A stretch of DNA of 64,000 bases. Source: Candidatus Omnitrophica bacterium UBA6253. Lineage in GTDB: Bacteria > Omnitrophota > Gorgyraeia > Gygaellales > Profunditerraquicolaceae. A model generated the notes under the pieces. It made no database searches. It saw only the letters and a list, made by a program, of their open reading frames with translations, and was not told where the DNA came from. Position numbers and translations under genes: made by a program. This document shows, piece by piece, positions 12,501 to 21,116 of this stretch (position 1 is its first letter; every line of letters starts with the position of its first letter). The stretch spans positions 2,303 to 66,302 of the forward strand of contig DJVP01000005.1 in assembly GCA_002441245.1 (NCBI GenBank). The letters run 5' to 3'.

Positions 12501-15368
12501 CGGAATAACCGTGGCCAGCCCGATCTTTGGGGATACAGTATCTCCGGGGACCTGCCGATTGTCCTGGTGCGTATCGAAAATCAGGATAATATTGATTTGG
12601 TCGTGCAGATGATGCAGGCGCATTCCTATTGGCAAATGAAAGGTTTGGCGGTTGATCTTCTTATATGGAATGAAGATAGTTCTATTTATCGTGATAGCCT
12701 GGGGGAGAAAATCAACGGGTTGATTGTTGCCAGCACTAAGGACAGGGCGGGTCATAATGGCGGTATTTTTTTAAGGCGTGCTGATCAGATGTCGGATGAA
12801 GACCGGATCCTTATGCAAACGGTTGCCCGGATCATTATTTCGGACCGTGGTGGCACGCTGGAGGAGCAGTTAGAGGATATGAGGCAGCCCAAGGTTAATT
12901 TTCTGCCATTTGTTCCGATCAGGAAAGATGATTGGGAGGAAGAAATCAAAGGACCTGTGGAGCGTTCTGATCTTGTTTATTTTAATGGCGTTGGCGGTTT
13001 TACCGGGGATGGCCGGGAATACGTAATTACTACCTCAAGCTTAAAGGCTACTCCTGCTCCGTGGGTCAATGTCTTGGCGAATCGGAATTTTGGCACGGTG
13101 ATCTCTGAAAGCGGGAGTGCCTATACCTGGAGCGAGAACGCGCATGAGTTCCGCTTAACACCCTGGAAGAATGATTCTGTTTCGGATGCCTCGGGAGAAG
13201 CGTTTTATATCCGCGATGACGAGAGCGGGAGATTTTGGTCTCCGACTCCTCTTCCGGCTATGGGCAAAACCAGTTATACCTCGCGCCATGGATTCGGCTA
13301 TAGCGTTTTTGAACACACCGAAAACGGGATCGTTTCCGAATTGACGGTATTTGTTTCCCTGGAGGATCAGGTTAAATTTTCGGTCTTAAAGATCAGAAAT
13401 ATCTCCGGGCGCCGGAGGCATATTTCCGCGACGGATTATTGCGAACTGGTGATGGGCACCTTCCGGGATAAGTACCATATGCATATTTTGACTGAGATTG
13501 ATCCTAAGAGCGGCGCGCTTCTTGCTCGTAATCCTTATAACAAAGAATTTCCGAACCGGGCGGTTTTCCTGGATGTCAGCGAGCCGGTGCGTTTCGTGAC
13601 CGGGGACCGGATTGAGTTTATCGGCAGGAACGGGACGATGACATCGCCTTCCGTAATGCGCAGGGACAGGCTTTCCGGAAAAGTGGGTGCTGGGATTGAT
13701 CCCTGCCTTGCTGCGCAGGTAAAATTTGAGCTTGAGGATGGCCAGCAGAAGGAGATCATTTTTACTTTTGGTTCCGGAAAAACAGTGGATGAGGCGCGGG
13801 AACTTGTACGGCGTTTTAGCGGTATAGAAGCAGCGCACCAGGAACTTGAAAAGGTGTGGGAATACTGGAAACGTATTTTGGGTGTTGTGTATGTGGAAAC
13901 GTCTGACCAGTCAATTAATTTTCTAGTTAACGGCTGGCTGCAATATCAGATTATCAGCTGCCGCCTTATGGGGCGAAGCGGTTTTTATCAATCAGGCGGG
14001 GCTTTTGGTTTTCGTGACCAGCTTCAGGATGTGATGGCGCTGATCCATTCCAGGCCCGAAATGGTCCGGGAACAATTGCTGACTTTTGCCGCGCACCAGT
14101 TTGTGGAGGGGGATGTGCAGCACTGGTGGCATCCGCCTTCTGGCCGCGGGGTCCGCAGCCGGTGTTCTGACGATTATTTATGGCTACCGTTGGTGACCTG
14201 TTTGTATGTTGAAAAGATCGGGGATACGGGGATTCTTGACGAAACAGTGGGGTTTCTGGAAGGGCCACTGCTTAAACAGGGAGAAGAATCTTATTATGAC
14301 ATCTCTAGAACTTCCCCTAGTACCGGGACGCTTTATGATCATTGTGTTTTAAGCGTAAAAAGGGGTTTGAAATTTGGCGTTCATGGCCTTCCTCTTATGG
14401 GAAGCGGAGATTGGAATGACGGGATGAATCTGGTTGGGCGTGAAGGCAAAGGTGAAAGTGTCTGGCTTGCTTTTTTTCTTTTTGACATCTTGAAGTCGAT
14501 GGCGGCCCTGGCAGGCCGGCGCGCGGATAAGGCTTTTGCGGAATTTTGCCTAGCGGAGGCGGAGAAGCTCGTTCGGAATATTGAAGAGCATGCCTGGGAC
14601 GGCCAGTGGTATCGCCGGGCTTATTTTGACAATGGAGAATCCCTGGGTTCTTCTTCAAACAGCGAATGCCGGATTGATTCGATCCCGCAATCCTGGGCAG
14701 TCATTTCGGGCGCGGCCCGGGAGGAAAGGGCCAGTATGGCCATGGATCAGGTGGATCGGCAGCTTGTTGACAGGAAGCAGGCGCTGGTGAGATTGTTTGA
14801 TCCTCCTTTTGACAAGGCTTCTCCTAATCCGGGATACATCAAAGGTTATCTCCCAGGGGTGAGGGAGAACGGGGGGCAGTATACGCATGCTGCGGTCTGG
14901 GCGGCGATCGCGTTTGCGGTTTTAGGGGATAAAAAACGGGCCTGGGAGTTGTTTGATATAATTAACCCTGTGCACCATTCCGATACCGTGGATAAGTGCG
15001 CCGTTTATAAGGTGGAGCCGTTCGTAATGGCCGCAGATGTTTATGCTTCTTTTGGTCTTGCCGGGCGGGGGGGATGGACTTGGTACACTGGATCCGCAGC
15101 CTGGATGTATCAACTTATCGTGAAGTATCTGCTGGGTATCCGGCTGGAAGTAGATAAGATTTATTTTCAGCCGTGCCTTCCCGCGGACTGGTCCTCCTGG
15201 AAACTGCATTACCGGTACCGGGAGACATTCTATCATATTAATTTCGCATGTTCCGGATCAGGCGATCGTGTAACTTCTATCGAAGTGGATGGTGCCGCGC
15301 AGGAGGAGATGGCGGTGAGGCTTATTGATGACCGGATAGATCATTCGGTGGCAGTGAAGATCGGATAA
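6579..15368 (+). CDS. cgs: Cyclic beta-1,2-glucan synthase (Cgs/NdvB/ChvB family; GT84 glycosyltransferase + GH94 phosphorylase-like domains)
   Basis: 2929 aa, the size of the Brucella/Agrobacterium enzymes. It has an N-terminal TM region. GT84 signatures are present: GYERKRGKLGDLN and a QxxRW-like RRHRWIRGDWQI. The C-terminal GH94 signature GGAFGFRDQLQD is also present. A TTG start at 6579 sits about 8 nt after an AGGAG RBS; the first in-frame ATG is at 6621. Confidence 0.85.
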   Translation: MPLKSFQDYILPLKMRLGASLAWNNNVEEQPLRAELFSIEQFKTHAKNLAQGHLVSYKKGRNRLLLRLKKNEKVLAEIHDLLNETGKSKRKISPAGEWLLDNYYLIEEQIRLAQKYLPENYIRELPYLSQGELAGYPRVYELAMELVSHGDGRLDIQGLTEFVTAYQSVSYLKLGELWAIPIMLRLALIENLRRVSSRLIVAQTERDKANYWATRILDVSAKDTDGVIFEIAAMSKANLLLSDAFVAEFTRRLHGQSQVLNLPFTWLEKKLSEQGETLDRIIRATSQKQAADQVSIANTIGSLRLLGVTDWHDFVEALSVVEKVLGQDPSGDYTLMSFSTRDRYRHVIEKLSLRSKIKEEEVAAHAIRMAKKAKTEKGSDHVTAHVGFYLLDRGLELFCRELGLHLSLRQYLQAKKTFWPSVLFFGSVTLLTLALSVGILNWIQPAGILSWPWFVLFGVSLLLTTSQMVVSLVNWFSMILVSPQDLPRMDFSEGIPAYAHTLAVVPCMLSDIRTVGSLLEELEVRYLANIDPNTDFALLTDFCDAPQETMPEDEALLAQVIDGIEKLNYKYRLQKNHVFCLLHRSRRWDEREKVWMGYERKRGKLGDLNAFLRGKGEGRFSVVLGDPQRLQEVKYVITLDADTRMSRNAARELVGVIAHPLNRAVYDEKKQRVVSGYGILQPRVEPSYPGENPSLFVKIFGGDTGIDPYTKAVSDVYQDLFFEGSFIGKGLYDVDAFESSMKDRFPENSILSHDLLEGCYARSGLVTDVQFYEGYPSGYLKDSSRRHRWIRGDWQIAPWLFTMVRGLGGAKVRNPISFLSQWKIADNLRRSLVPLATVILFLSGWMFFQPSWIWSVFVIVLLGFPLVPMSLVEAVRKSENLTFKTHFGSVLSSFKKNTLQFFFSLVFLLHEALYCLDAIVRTLWRMFFSRRRLLKWRTFLEMEASLSNHISGYYKSMLLAPVAAVVLLVCFLLLFPRLDGLVLVFLSLWFVSPAIAYGISQPALVRKILLSKAQTIFLRKLARRDWAFFENFVTEKSHWLPPDNFQEEPISILAHRTSPTNIGLLLLSNLTAYDFGYVSMGMMFHRTEKTFDTLNLMERFRGHFYNWYDTETLKPLAPLYISSVDSGNLAGHLMVLRSGLAEMNSHKIISTKIFDGFRDTLEILRQSVAELEKSQKSGVAGSLRTVSEKIEQFQEKGRFSPARLSEVYMFLRQLSTDISKILSGLDQKHYEHGKKWARALERQCYDFLEDMSFIAPWILLAPEMPGMWDEGDDKQQERLVQLRESLRYLDEIPALGEVARIEQKLVPLIEEIMGAMRVTDDESKRVYEWFLKLRDTIKDAGTRSAERIKAIDYIVLRCNEISEIEYEFLYDKGTHLLSIGYNVSEHKVDRGCYDLLASEARFCSFVAIAQGKMPQDHWFKLGRMIAKCEGDPVLVSWGGSMFEYLMPLLVMPTYAGSLLDRTYKAAVSGQIRYAAKNNIPWGISESGYNKIDSNMIYQYHSFGVPDMGFKRGLGEDLVVAPYASMLALMVEPEKACENLERLSEEGARGVYGLYEAIDYTPARLAPDETRVVVKSYMAHHQGMSLLSLSYVLLGRPMQRRFLAEPMFKSTELLLQERVPTTEPFLYDFEVTGMLRKFGDKETLLRVFTTSQTPVPEVHPLSNGRYHVMVTNSGGGYSRWQNIAVTRWREDSALDNDGTFIYLRDVESGQFWSSAYQPTQKIPKNYEALFSQAWAEFKRRDYQIETHTEIAVSPEDDIELRRVTITNRSRNKRVIEVTSYAEVVLNDPASDQDNRAFSNLFVQTEIIRTHQAILCRRRPRSDEETFPWMLHLMAVHGNAVLGASYETDRSKFIGRGRTVADPVAMKGPGQLLDSEGSVLDPIVSIRSRIELAPDESAVIDYVTGICESREAAQALMEKYRDRNLADRVFNLAWTQGQVALQQINATEAAAQLYGRLASAILYANPAWRASASILRRNNRGQPDLWGYSISGDLPIVLVRIENQDNIDLVVQMMQAHSYWQMKGLAVDLLIWNEDSSIYRDSLGEKINGLIVASTKDRAGHNGGIFLRRADQMSDEDRILMQTVARIIISDRGGTLEEQLEDMRQPKVNFLPFVPIRKDDWEEEIKGPVERSDLVYFNGVGGFTGDGREYVITTSSLKATPAPWVNVLANRNFGTVISESGSAYTWSENAHEFRLTPWKNDSVSDASGEAFYIRDDESGRFWSPTPLPAMGKTSYTSRHGFGYSVFEHTENGIVSELTVFVSLEDQVKFSVLKIRNISGRRRHISATDYCELVMGTFRDKYHMHILTEIDPKSGALLARNPYNKEFPNRAVFLDVSEPVRFVTGDRIEFIGRNGTMTSPSVMRRDRLSGKVGAGIDPCLAAQVKFELEDGQQKEIIFTFGSGKTVDEARELVRRFSGIEAAHQELEKVWEYWKRILGVVYVETSDQSINFLVNGWLQYQIISCRLMGRSGFYQSGGAFGFRDQLQDVMALIHSRPEMVREQLLTFAAHQFVEGDVQHWWHPPSGRGVRSRCSDDYLWLPLVTCLYVEKIGDTGILDETVGFLEGPLLKQGEESYYDISRTSPSTGTLYDHCVLSVKRGLKFGVHGLPLMGSGDWNDGMNLVGREGKGESVWLAFFLFDILKSMAALAGRRADKAFAEFCLAEAEKLVRNIEEHAWDGQWYRRAYFDNGESLGSSSNSECRIDSIPQSWAVISGAAREERASMAMDQVDRQLVDRKQALVRLFDPPFDKASPNPGYIKGYLPGVRENGGQYTHAAVWAAIAFAVLGDKKRAWELFDIINPVHHSDTVDKCAVYKVEPFVMAADVYASFGLAGRGGWTWYTGSAAWMYQLIVKYLLGIRLEVDKIYFQPCLPADWSSWKLHYRYRETFYHINFACSGSGDRVTSIEVDGAAQEEMAVRLIDDRIDHSVAVKIG

Positions 15369-15411
15369 TTACAAAAAATAAGTATGATATTCTTGAATTC
15401 CAAATAAGATA

Positions 15412-15732
15412 ATGCTTGAAGGCTTGATTGAAACAAAAAACGGTAAAATTTGGTATAGCGGATACGGCGAAGATAAAAAGGGTGTACCGTTACTTGTATT
15501 GCACGGTGGCCCGGGATTTTTAAGCATGCCGGAAGTGGTAAAAGACCTTTCTGACCAAAGGCCGGTCTATTTTTATGACCAACTTGGTTGCGGCAGGAGC
15601 GATAGGACTAAAGATAAATCGCAGTATTCGGTTGCCAGCTATGTGGAAGAGTTGACTGAAATAAGAGAGCGGTTAGGGCTTCGGGAAGTTTACATCGATA
15701 ACTCAGAGTGTGGAGAACGTCCAAAAGTATGA
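15412..15732 (+). pseudogene. Alpha/beta-hydrolase (proline iminopeptidase-like) gene remnant, N-terminal fragment only
   Basis: 106 aa containing LLVLHGGPGFLSMPE...YFYDQLGCGRSDR, the N-terminal oxyanion region of prolyl aminopeptidase-type hydrolases. The ORF stops before the nucleophile elbow (GxSxG). No continuation is found in any frame. Confidence 0.5.
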
Positions 15733-15939
15733 ACATTGGGGGTTTAAACTGGTGAAAGAGATGCCTGTCTTTTGTTCTCAGGAGAAGTTTTACTCTATGC
15801 GCAAGGATTGAAGTTGTAATGTGGTTGTGCGCTTGAAGCACATTGGCTTATTAAAGAGAGTTTTAATTTTGGCCAGGAAGATGGAGTATACTGTAGCATT
15901 AGTTGTCGGCCAGCCAGGATTAATAAAAGGAGAAAAATT

Positions 15940-16638
15940 ATGGAAATATTTGCCAAACGAATCGCGCCTTTAGTTAGCGCAGGTATCGTGGCGCTGGCTA
16001 TCGCTGGCTGTGCAACGACCGAACAAGTGCCGAATGTCAGGATGTCAGGATTTCTCGGGGATTATTCGAAATTACATCGCGGGAAGAGCGGGCAGGCTGA
16101 GTTTACATATCGTGACCCCAATATGGATTTGAGTAAGTACCAGCGGGTTATGCTTGATCCTGTGCAACTCTGGGCTGCCGAAACTAAGACTTCTGCTTTG
16201 AGCAAGCTGTCCCGGGAAGATCAGCAGTTGTTAGTTAATTATCTTTATGTTGCACTGCGCGACGCGCTTCAGAAAGATTATGTTATAGTTAATGAGCCCG
16301 GTCCTGATGTAATGCGGGTCCGATGCGCTATAACCGAAGCCCGGTCAACGAGCCCTGTTAAGGATTTGCTTTCTACTATTACCCCCGCCGGACTGGGGAT
16401 TAGTTATGCCAAGCGAATTGTACTTGGAATACATAGTGGTGTTGGAGTTGTAAGCGTGGAAGGGGAATTGTTGGATAGCATTACCGGTCAGCGTCTGGCC
16501 GCCGTAGTTGACCGACGCGCAGGGACAAAATCGGTACTTGGTAAGCCCACTCGTTGGGGCGACGTGCAAGATGCCTTTAATTTTTGGGCACGCCGGATGC
16601 AAACTAACCTGGCGGTACTTAGAACGCATCAAGATTAA
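15940..16638 (+). CDS. Lipoprotein of unknown function (DUF3313-like)
   Basis: Signal peptide with lipobox (ALAIAGCATT). The 232-aa soluble domain has no catalytic motifs. Confidence 0.55.
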   Translation: MEIFAKRIAPLVSAGIVALAIAGCATTEQVPNVRMSGFLGDYSKLHRGKSGQAEFTYRDPNMDLSKYQRVMLDPVQLWAAETKTSALSKLSREDQQLLVNYLYVALRDALQKDYVIVNEPGPDVMRVRCAITEARSTSPVKDLLSTITPAGLGISYAKRIVLGIHSGVGVVSVEGELLDSITGQRLAAVVDRRAGTKSVLGKPTRWGDVQDAFNFWARRMQTNLAVLRTHQD

Positions 16639-16817
16639 TGTCAGCTACGTTTTATCTTTGCTCCTTAAGGGGGTTACCTTTTGCCCTAATGCATAAAACA
16701 ACTTTATATATAATTCTATTTTAGCAGAAAAAGTCAATAAAATACTGAATTAACTATTTGATTTAGATTAATGGTGGAGTATAGTAGTTTATAAATGTAG
16801 GATAGGAGGGCTATTAT

Positions 16818-19271
16818 ATGAATACAGAAGAAGCTAAGAAAATACCGGTGGATGAGTTGTTTAATAAGCTTTCCTCGAGCAAGGCAGGTCTTTCTTCTGA
16901 AGAATCAGGCAAGAGGCTTAAGCAGTACGGCCCTAATGAAATAGCCGAGAATAAAATTAACCCGATTGTAAAATTCTTAAGTTATTTTTGGGGGCCTATT
17001 CCCTGGATGATAGAGGCCGCTGCGGTACTTTCCGCTGTTATTCGGCATTGGGAGGATTTTGGGGTGATTTTTGCGATGTTGTTGATAAATGCCGCGGTGG
17101 GGTTCTGGCAGGAGCATAAAGCAGATAATGCCATCGAATTATTAAAGAAGAGGCTGGCTCTTAAGGCGCGGGTCCTACGTGATGGAAAATGGGTTGATGT
17201 ATTGGCTCAAGAATTGGTACCGGGGGACTTAATACGCATTCGCCTTGGGGATATTATTCCGGCTGATATTAAGCTTGTTGAAGGTGAATATCTTTTGGTG
17301 GATCAATCTGTATTAACGGGAGAGTCGCTGCCGGTTGAAAAGCATCTTTCTGATATTGGCTATTCGGGTTCAATCATTAAGCAAGGCGAGATGGATGCCT
17401 TGGTAGTCTGCACTGGTTTAAATACTTATTTTGGTAAAACTGCTAAGCTCGTTGCCGAAGCCAAAACGCGCAGCCACTTCCAGAAAGCGGTAATTAAAAT
17501 AGGGGATTATCTGATTGTGATTGCGATAGCCTTGGTGGCAGTTATTTTTTTAGTTTCGCTTTTTCGCCATGAGAAATTCTTCGAGATCCTTCAGTTTGCG
17601 CTTATCTTAATTGTAGCTTCTATTCCGGTGGCGATGCCTGCCGTATTGACGGTGACAATGGCAGTAGGGGCGTCTATGCTTGCCAGGAAAGAAGCCATCG
17701 TAAGTAAATTAGTGGCCATAGAAGAAATGGCCGGGGTTGATATCCTATGTTCGGATAAAACAGGCACTATTACTAAAAATGAGCTGAGTGTTAAGGAGCT
17801 TAAACCTTTAGAAGGATTCAGGGATGTGGATATGCTTTTATTGGGTAGGTTGGCTTCCCGGGCAGAAGATAGAGATCCTATTGACGATACTATTATTGCC
17901 AGGGTTCAATCGGCAGGCGAGGCTATGCAAGATTTCGGTAAGTACAAAGTAACGTCTTTTAAGCCATTTGATCCGGTTGCCAAGCGTACTGAAGCAAATG
18001 TGGAAGAAGACGGAGGCAAGAAATTCAAGGTAACTAAAGGTGCCCCACAGGTTATTCTTTCCCTTGTGGCTAATAAGGATTTGATTTCGCTTAAAATAGA
18101 CGAGATTGTCAATGAATTTGCGGTTAAAGGTTACCGCGCCCTTGGAATTGCTAAAACAGATGATTCAGGAGTTTGGCAGTATGCAGGACTTTTTGCGATT
18201 TATGATCCGCCGCGTGAAGATTCTCTGGAAACCATAAATACAGCCAAGTCAATGGGCCTAAACGTAAAGATGGTAACCGGAGATCATGTAGCAGTGGCCA
18301 GGGAGATTGCAAGAGAAGTAGGATTAGGCGAGAATATTTTACCTGCATCTAGCTTTTTGGATAAATCTGACAAGGAGGCGCAGCAGATTATTGAAGGCGC
18401 GGATGGTTTTGCTCAGGTTTTTCCTGAGCATAAGTATAAAATAGTAGAAGAATTGCAGGCGAAAAACCATATTGTCGGAATGACCGGCGATGGTGTTAAT
18501 GATGCTCCGGCCCTAAAGAAGGCAGACGCCGGAATTGCGGTTGCAGGTGCTACCGATGCAGCAAAGTCTGCAGCATCTATTGTTCTTACTAAACCGGGCC
18601 TTTCGGTGATAATTGATGCGATTAAGGAAAGCCGCAAAATATTTAAGCGTATGAATAGTTACGCGATTTACCGTATTGCAGAGACAATCAGAGTTTTATT
18701 GTTTATGACCTTGGCAATCCTGGTTTTTAATTTTTATCCGGTAACCGCCATTATGATTGTAATCCTGGCAATGCTTAATGATATACCCATAATGATGATT
18801 GCCTACGATAAGACGAAAATTTACCAAAATCCGGTAAGCTGGAATATGAGGAGGGTTTTAAGCCTGTCAACTGTTTTGGGGATAGCCGGTGTATTTGCCA
18901 GTTTTGGGATGTTTTGGATCGGGAAAGAAATTCTTCACCTGGATCTTCAAATGATCCAGACGCTTATTTTCTTAAAATTAGCGGTTGCCGGACATATGAC
19001 TATTTACTTAGCCAGGACGGGGGAAGAACCTTTTTGGCATAAACCTTATCCGGCTCCCGCGTTGATATTAACATGTGAAACGACTCAAGTAATTGCTACA
19101 CTTTTTGCGGTGTATGGAATATTTATGAAGCCGATAGGCTGGGGGTTGGCGTTTTTTGTATGGGGGTACGCATTTGTTTTCTTTGTCCTTAATGATTTAA
19201 TAAAAATCCATGTCGATAAAACAATGGATCATTTTGGTATAATGTTTCGTCGAGGAACACAGGAAAGTTAA
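16818..19271 (+). CDS. P-type ATPase, plasma-membrane proton-pump type (P3A, H+-ATPase-like)
   Basis: 817 aa. It has DKTGTITKN (phosphorylation site), TGES, MVTGDHVAVAREIAREVGLG and GDGVNDAPALKKADAGIAV. The topology, with 4 C-terminal TMs after the hinge, matches fungal/plant/archaeal H+-ATPases. Confidence 0.85.
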   Translation: MNTEEAKKIPVDELFNKLSSSKAGLSSEESGKRLKQYGPNEIAENKINPIVKFLSYFWGPIPWMIEAAAVLSAVIRHWEDFGVIFAMLLINAAVGFWQEHKADNAIELLKKRLALKARVLRDGKWVDVLAQELVPGDLIRIRLGDIIPADIKLVEGEYLLVDQSVLTGESLPVEKHLSDIGYSGSIIKQGEMDALVVCTGLNTYFGKTAKLVAEAKTRSHFQKAVIKIGDYLIVIAIALVAVIFLVSLFRHEKFFEILQFALILIVASIPVAMPAVLTVTMAVGASMLARKEAIVSKLVAIEEMAGVDILCSDKTGTITKNELSVKELKPLEGFRDVDMLLLGRLASRAEDRDPIDDTIIARVQSAGEAMQDFGKYKVTSFKPFDPVAKRTEANVEEDGGKKFKVTKGAPQVILSLVANKDLISLKIDEIVNEFAVKGYRALGIAKTDDSGVWQYAGLFAIYDPPREDSLETINTAKSMGLNVKMVTGDHVAVAREIAREVGLGENILPASSFLDKSDKEAQQIIEGADGFAQVFPEHKYKIVEELQAKNHIVGMTGDGVNDAPALKKADAGIAVAGATDAAKSAASIVLTKPGLSVIIDAIKESRKIFKRMNSYAIYRIAETIRVLLFMTLAILVFNFYPVTAIMIVILAMLNDIPIMMIAYDKTKIYQNPVSWNMRRVLSLSTVLGIAGVFASFGMFWIGKEILHLDLQMIQTLIFLKLAVAGHMTIYLARTGEEPFWHKPYPAPALILTCETTQVIATLFAVYGIFMKPIGWGLAFFVWGYAFVFFVLNDLIKIHVDKTMDHFGIMFRRGTQES

Positions 19272-19291
19272 CCGAGTCAGGAGATAAAACT

Positions 19292-19549
19292 ATGGGAACA
19301 GAATTTATTGATAAGAAACAGCCGGGTAAGGACCTTTGGAAAATGATGCAGATCGGAGGGTTAGCTTTGGCTATCCCCTTTGAAATGGCCGCGGGTCCGT
19401 TTATCGGTTTTTTTATAGGCATGTATCTAAAAAGCAAACTTGGTCTACATGAATACATTATGTATATTTTTATTCTGATGGGTTTTGTTGCTGGGTTTAT
19501 TAATACAGCGGTGATAATTAAAATGATGATAAAAATAAATAAAAAATGA
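19292..19549 (+). CDS. Small two-TM membrane protein, AtpZ/Atp1-like (PF09527-like)
   Basis: 85 aa with two hydrophobic helices and a glycine-rich first helix (GGLALAIPFEMAAGPFIGFFIGMYL). An RBS (AGGAG) sits 6 nt upstream. It is immediately downstream of the H+-ATPase. Confidence 0.45.
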   Translation: MGTEFIDKKQPGKDLWKMMQIGGLALAIPFEMAAGPFIGFFIGMYLKSKLGLHEYIMYIFILMGFVAGFINTAVIIKMMIKINKK

Positions 19550-20087
19550 TTTGATGCCTTTTGCATGGATGGATAAGGTTAGTGCTTTTAAAATGATAAA
19601 AACAATAATTAAGCAGGAACCCGGTATATAGATAAACTAATCCAGCATATAAATGACGAAGAAGCATTAAACGTACAGGAATTTCCCAAGCTGGAGGTTT
19701 TTATCAAGAAACTGGATTCTAATAGTTCGTGAACTTCAGTGTCGTTGTTTTCTGTAAAAGAGGATAAACTGGAAAAAGAAATGAAGCTATTTTGCCTTTA
19801 CCCATTTATAGGGTAAAAATGGCCTTTATTCTGTTGTTGTAACAGAAAAGCTTAGTGCGCTTACTGGACCATTATTTAGAAATTTAAGAGACATATTGGT
19901 GTCAATATGATTATTCTTTCTTGTGTTTCTTGTCTCCGGGTATATTTTTTATCACATTCAAAATAAAAGGATCCAGATGGAAACAGCGTCCAGGGCTTTA
20001 GAGATAATCAATAGGCAATTGTATTATGAAATTGATGATTATGAATGCGCTGAGAAAAGCCTTAAAAATCATAGGGAAAAGCCATAA

Positions 20088-21113
20088 ATGCCAAGTACTA
20101 AAATAATTTGTACTTTAGGTCCTGCTTCAACGAAAGAAAACACCTTATTAAAGATGATGCGAGCTGGCATGGATGTGGCAAGATTAAATTTCTCCCATTC
20201 AACATTAAAAGTCCATTTGAATCGGATACGACTCATAAGAAAACTAAATAAAAAATATAACTTTAATGTCAAGGTATTAGGAGATTTAGAAGGTTGTCGC
20301 ATAAGGGTGGGTAGGTTGGAGGGGGGCCGGGCTTTTAAGGTAAATAAAGGGCAGGTAGTTTGGTTAGCTCAAGAGGACGTCTTGGGAAAAGGCAACCTGA
20401 TACCGTTTGATTATAAAGGTTCTTTAGCCTTGATCAAAAAAGGCCAGCATATTTATATTGATGATGGAAATATTGTCCTTTCAGTCCTGGGGCGAAAGAA
20501 AAATATGGTGAAGGTAAGAGTAATTATACCTGGCCTCATTAAAGAACGTAAGGGTATTAATATACCTGATATCAAGTTGGACTTTAAGGGATTGACAGCA
20601 AAAGACAAGGAGAATATACGTTTTTGCAGGGAGAATAAAATTGATTATATAGCCCAGTCTTTTGTAAGAAGCAAGGAGGACATTCTTGTTGTTAGGAAAT
20701 ATCTTAAGGATTATCCGTATAAATACCAAATTATTGGAAAGATTGAAAATCGAGAAGGCATTAAGAATATTAATGAAATAATCAGGGTCTGCGATGGAAT
20801 TATGGTCGCAAGAGGCGATATGGGAGTTTCTATTCCTGTATATGAAGTGCCAATAGTTCAAAAAAAGATAATTAGAGAATGTAACAAGGCAAGAAAATTT
20901 GTTATTACCGCTACGCAGATGCTTGAGAGTATGATTGGAAATCGCCTCCCTGAAAGGGCAGAGGTTTCGGATGTAGCTAACGCCATATTAGACGGCTCAA
21001 ATTATGTGATGCTTTCCGCAGAAACAGCAGTCGGTTTATATCCCGTAGAATGTGTTGATATGATGAAACAAGTTATTAAATTCACTGAAACCCATGCCTG
21101 GGATTGGAAGTAA
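20088..21113 (+). CDS. Pyruvate kinase-like protein lacking the C-terminal regulatory domain
   Basis: [11 protein letters not shown]...[18 protein letters not shown] (catalytic K/E), [12 protein letters not shown] and ATQMLESM are all present. The protein ends after the A domain at 341 aa, so there is no C domain. The DTKGPEIR loop is replaced by GDLEGCRIR. Confidence 0.7.
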   Translation: MPSTKIICTLGPASTKENTLLKMMRAGMDVARLNFSHSTLKVHLNRIRLIRKLNKKYNFNVKVLGDLEGCRIRVGRLEGGRAFKVNKGQVVWLAQEDVLGKGNLIPFDYKGSLALIKKGQHIYIDDGNIVLSVLGRKKNMVKVRVIIPGLIKERKGINIPDIKLDFKGLTAKDKENIRFCRENKIDYIAQSFVRSKEDILVVRKYLKDYPYKYQIIGKIENREGIKNINEIIRVCDGIMVARGDMGVSIPVYEVPIVQKKIIRECNKARKFVITATQMLESMIGNRLPERAEVSDVANAILDGSNYVMLSAETAVGLYPVECVDMMKQVIKFTETHAWDWK

Positions 21114-21116
21114 AGC

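Noticed and set aside
7152-14888. Numerous 60-165-aa ORFs on both strands inside the cgs gene (e.g. 10233..10703 -, 12261..12755 -, 13386..13838 -)
   Set aside because: All lie within the 8.8-kb cyclic glucan synthase ORF, whose own frame is continuous and carries the family motifs. These are frame-shadow ORFs.
19830-20087. 35-aa ORF (METASRALEIINRQLYYEIDDYECAEKSLKNHREKP) ending 1 nt before the PK-like start, as a leader peptide
   Set aside because: No RBS, and no unusual codon run suggesting attenuation. It is probably fortuitous in AT-rich DNA.
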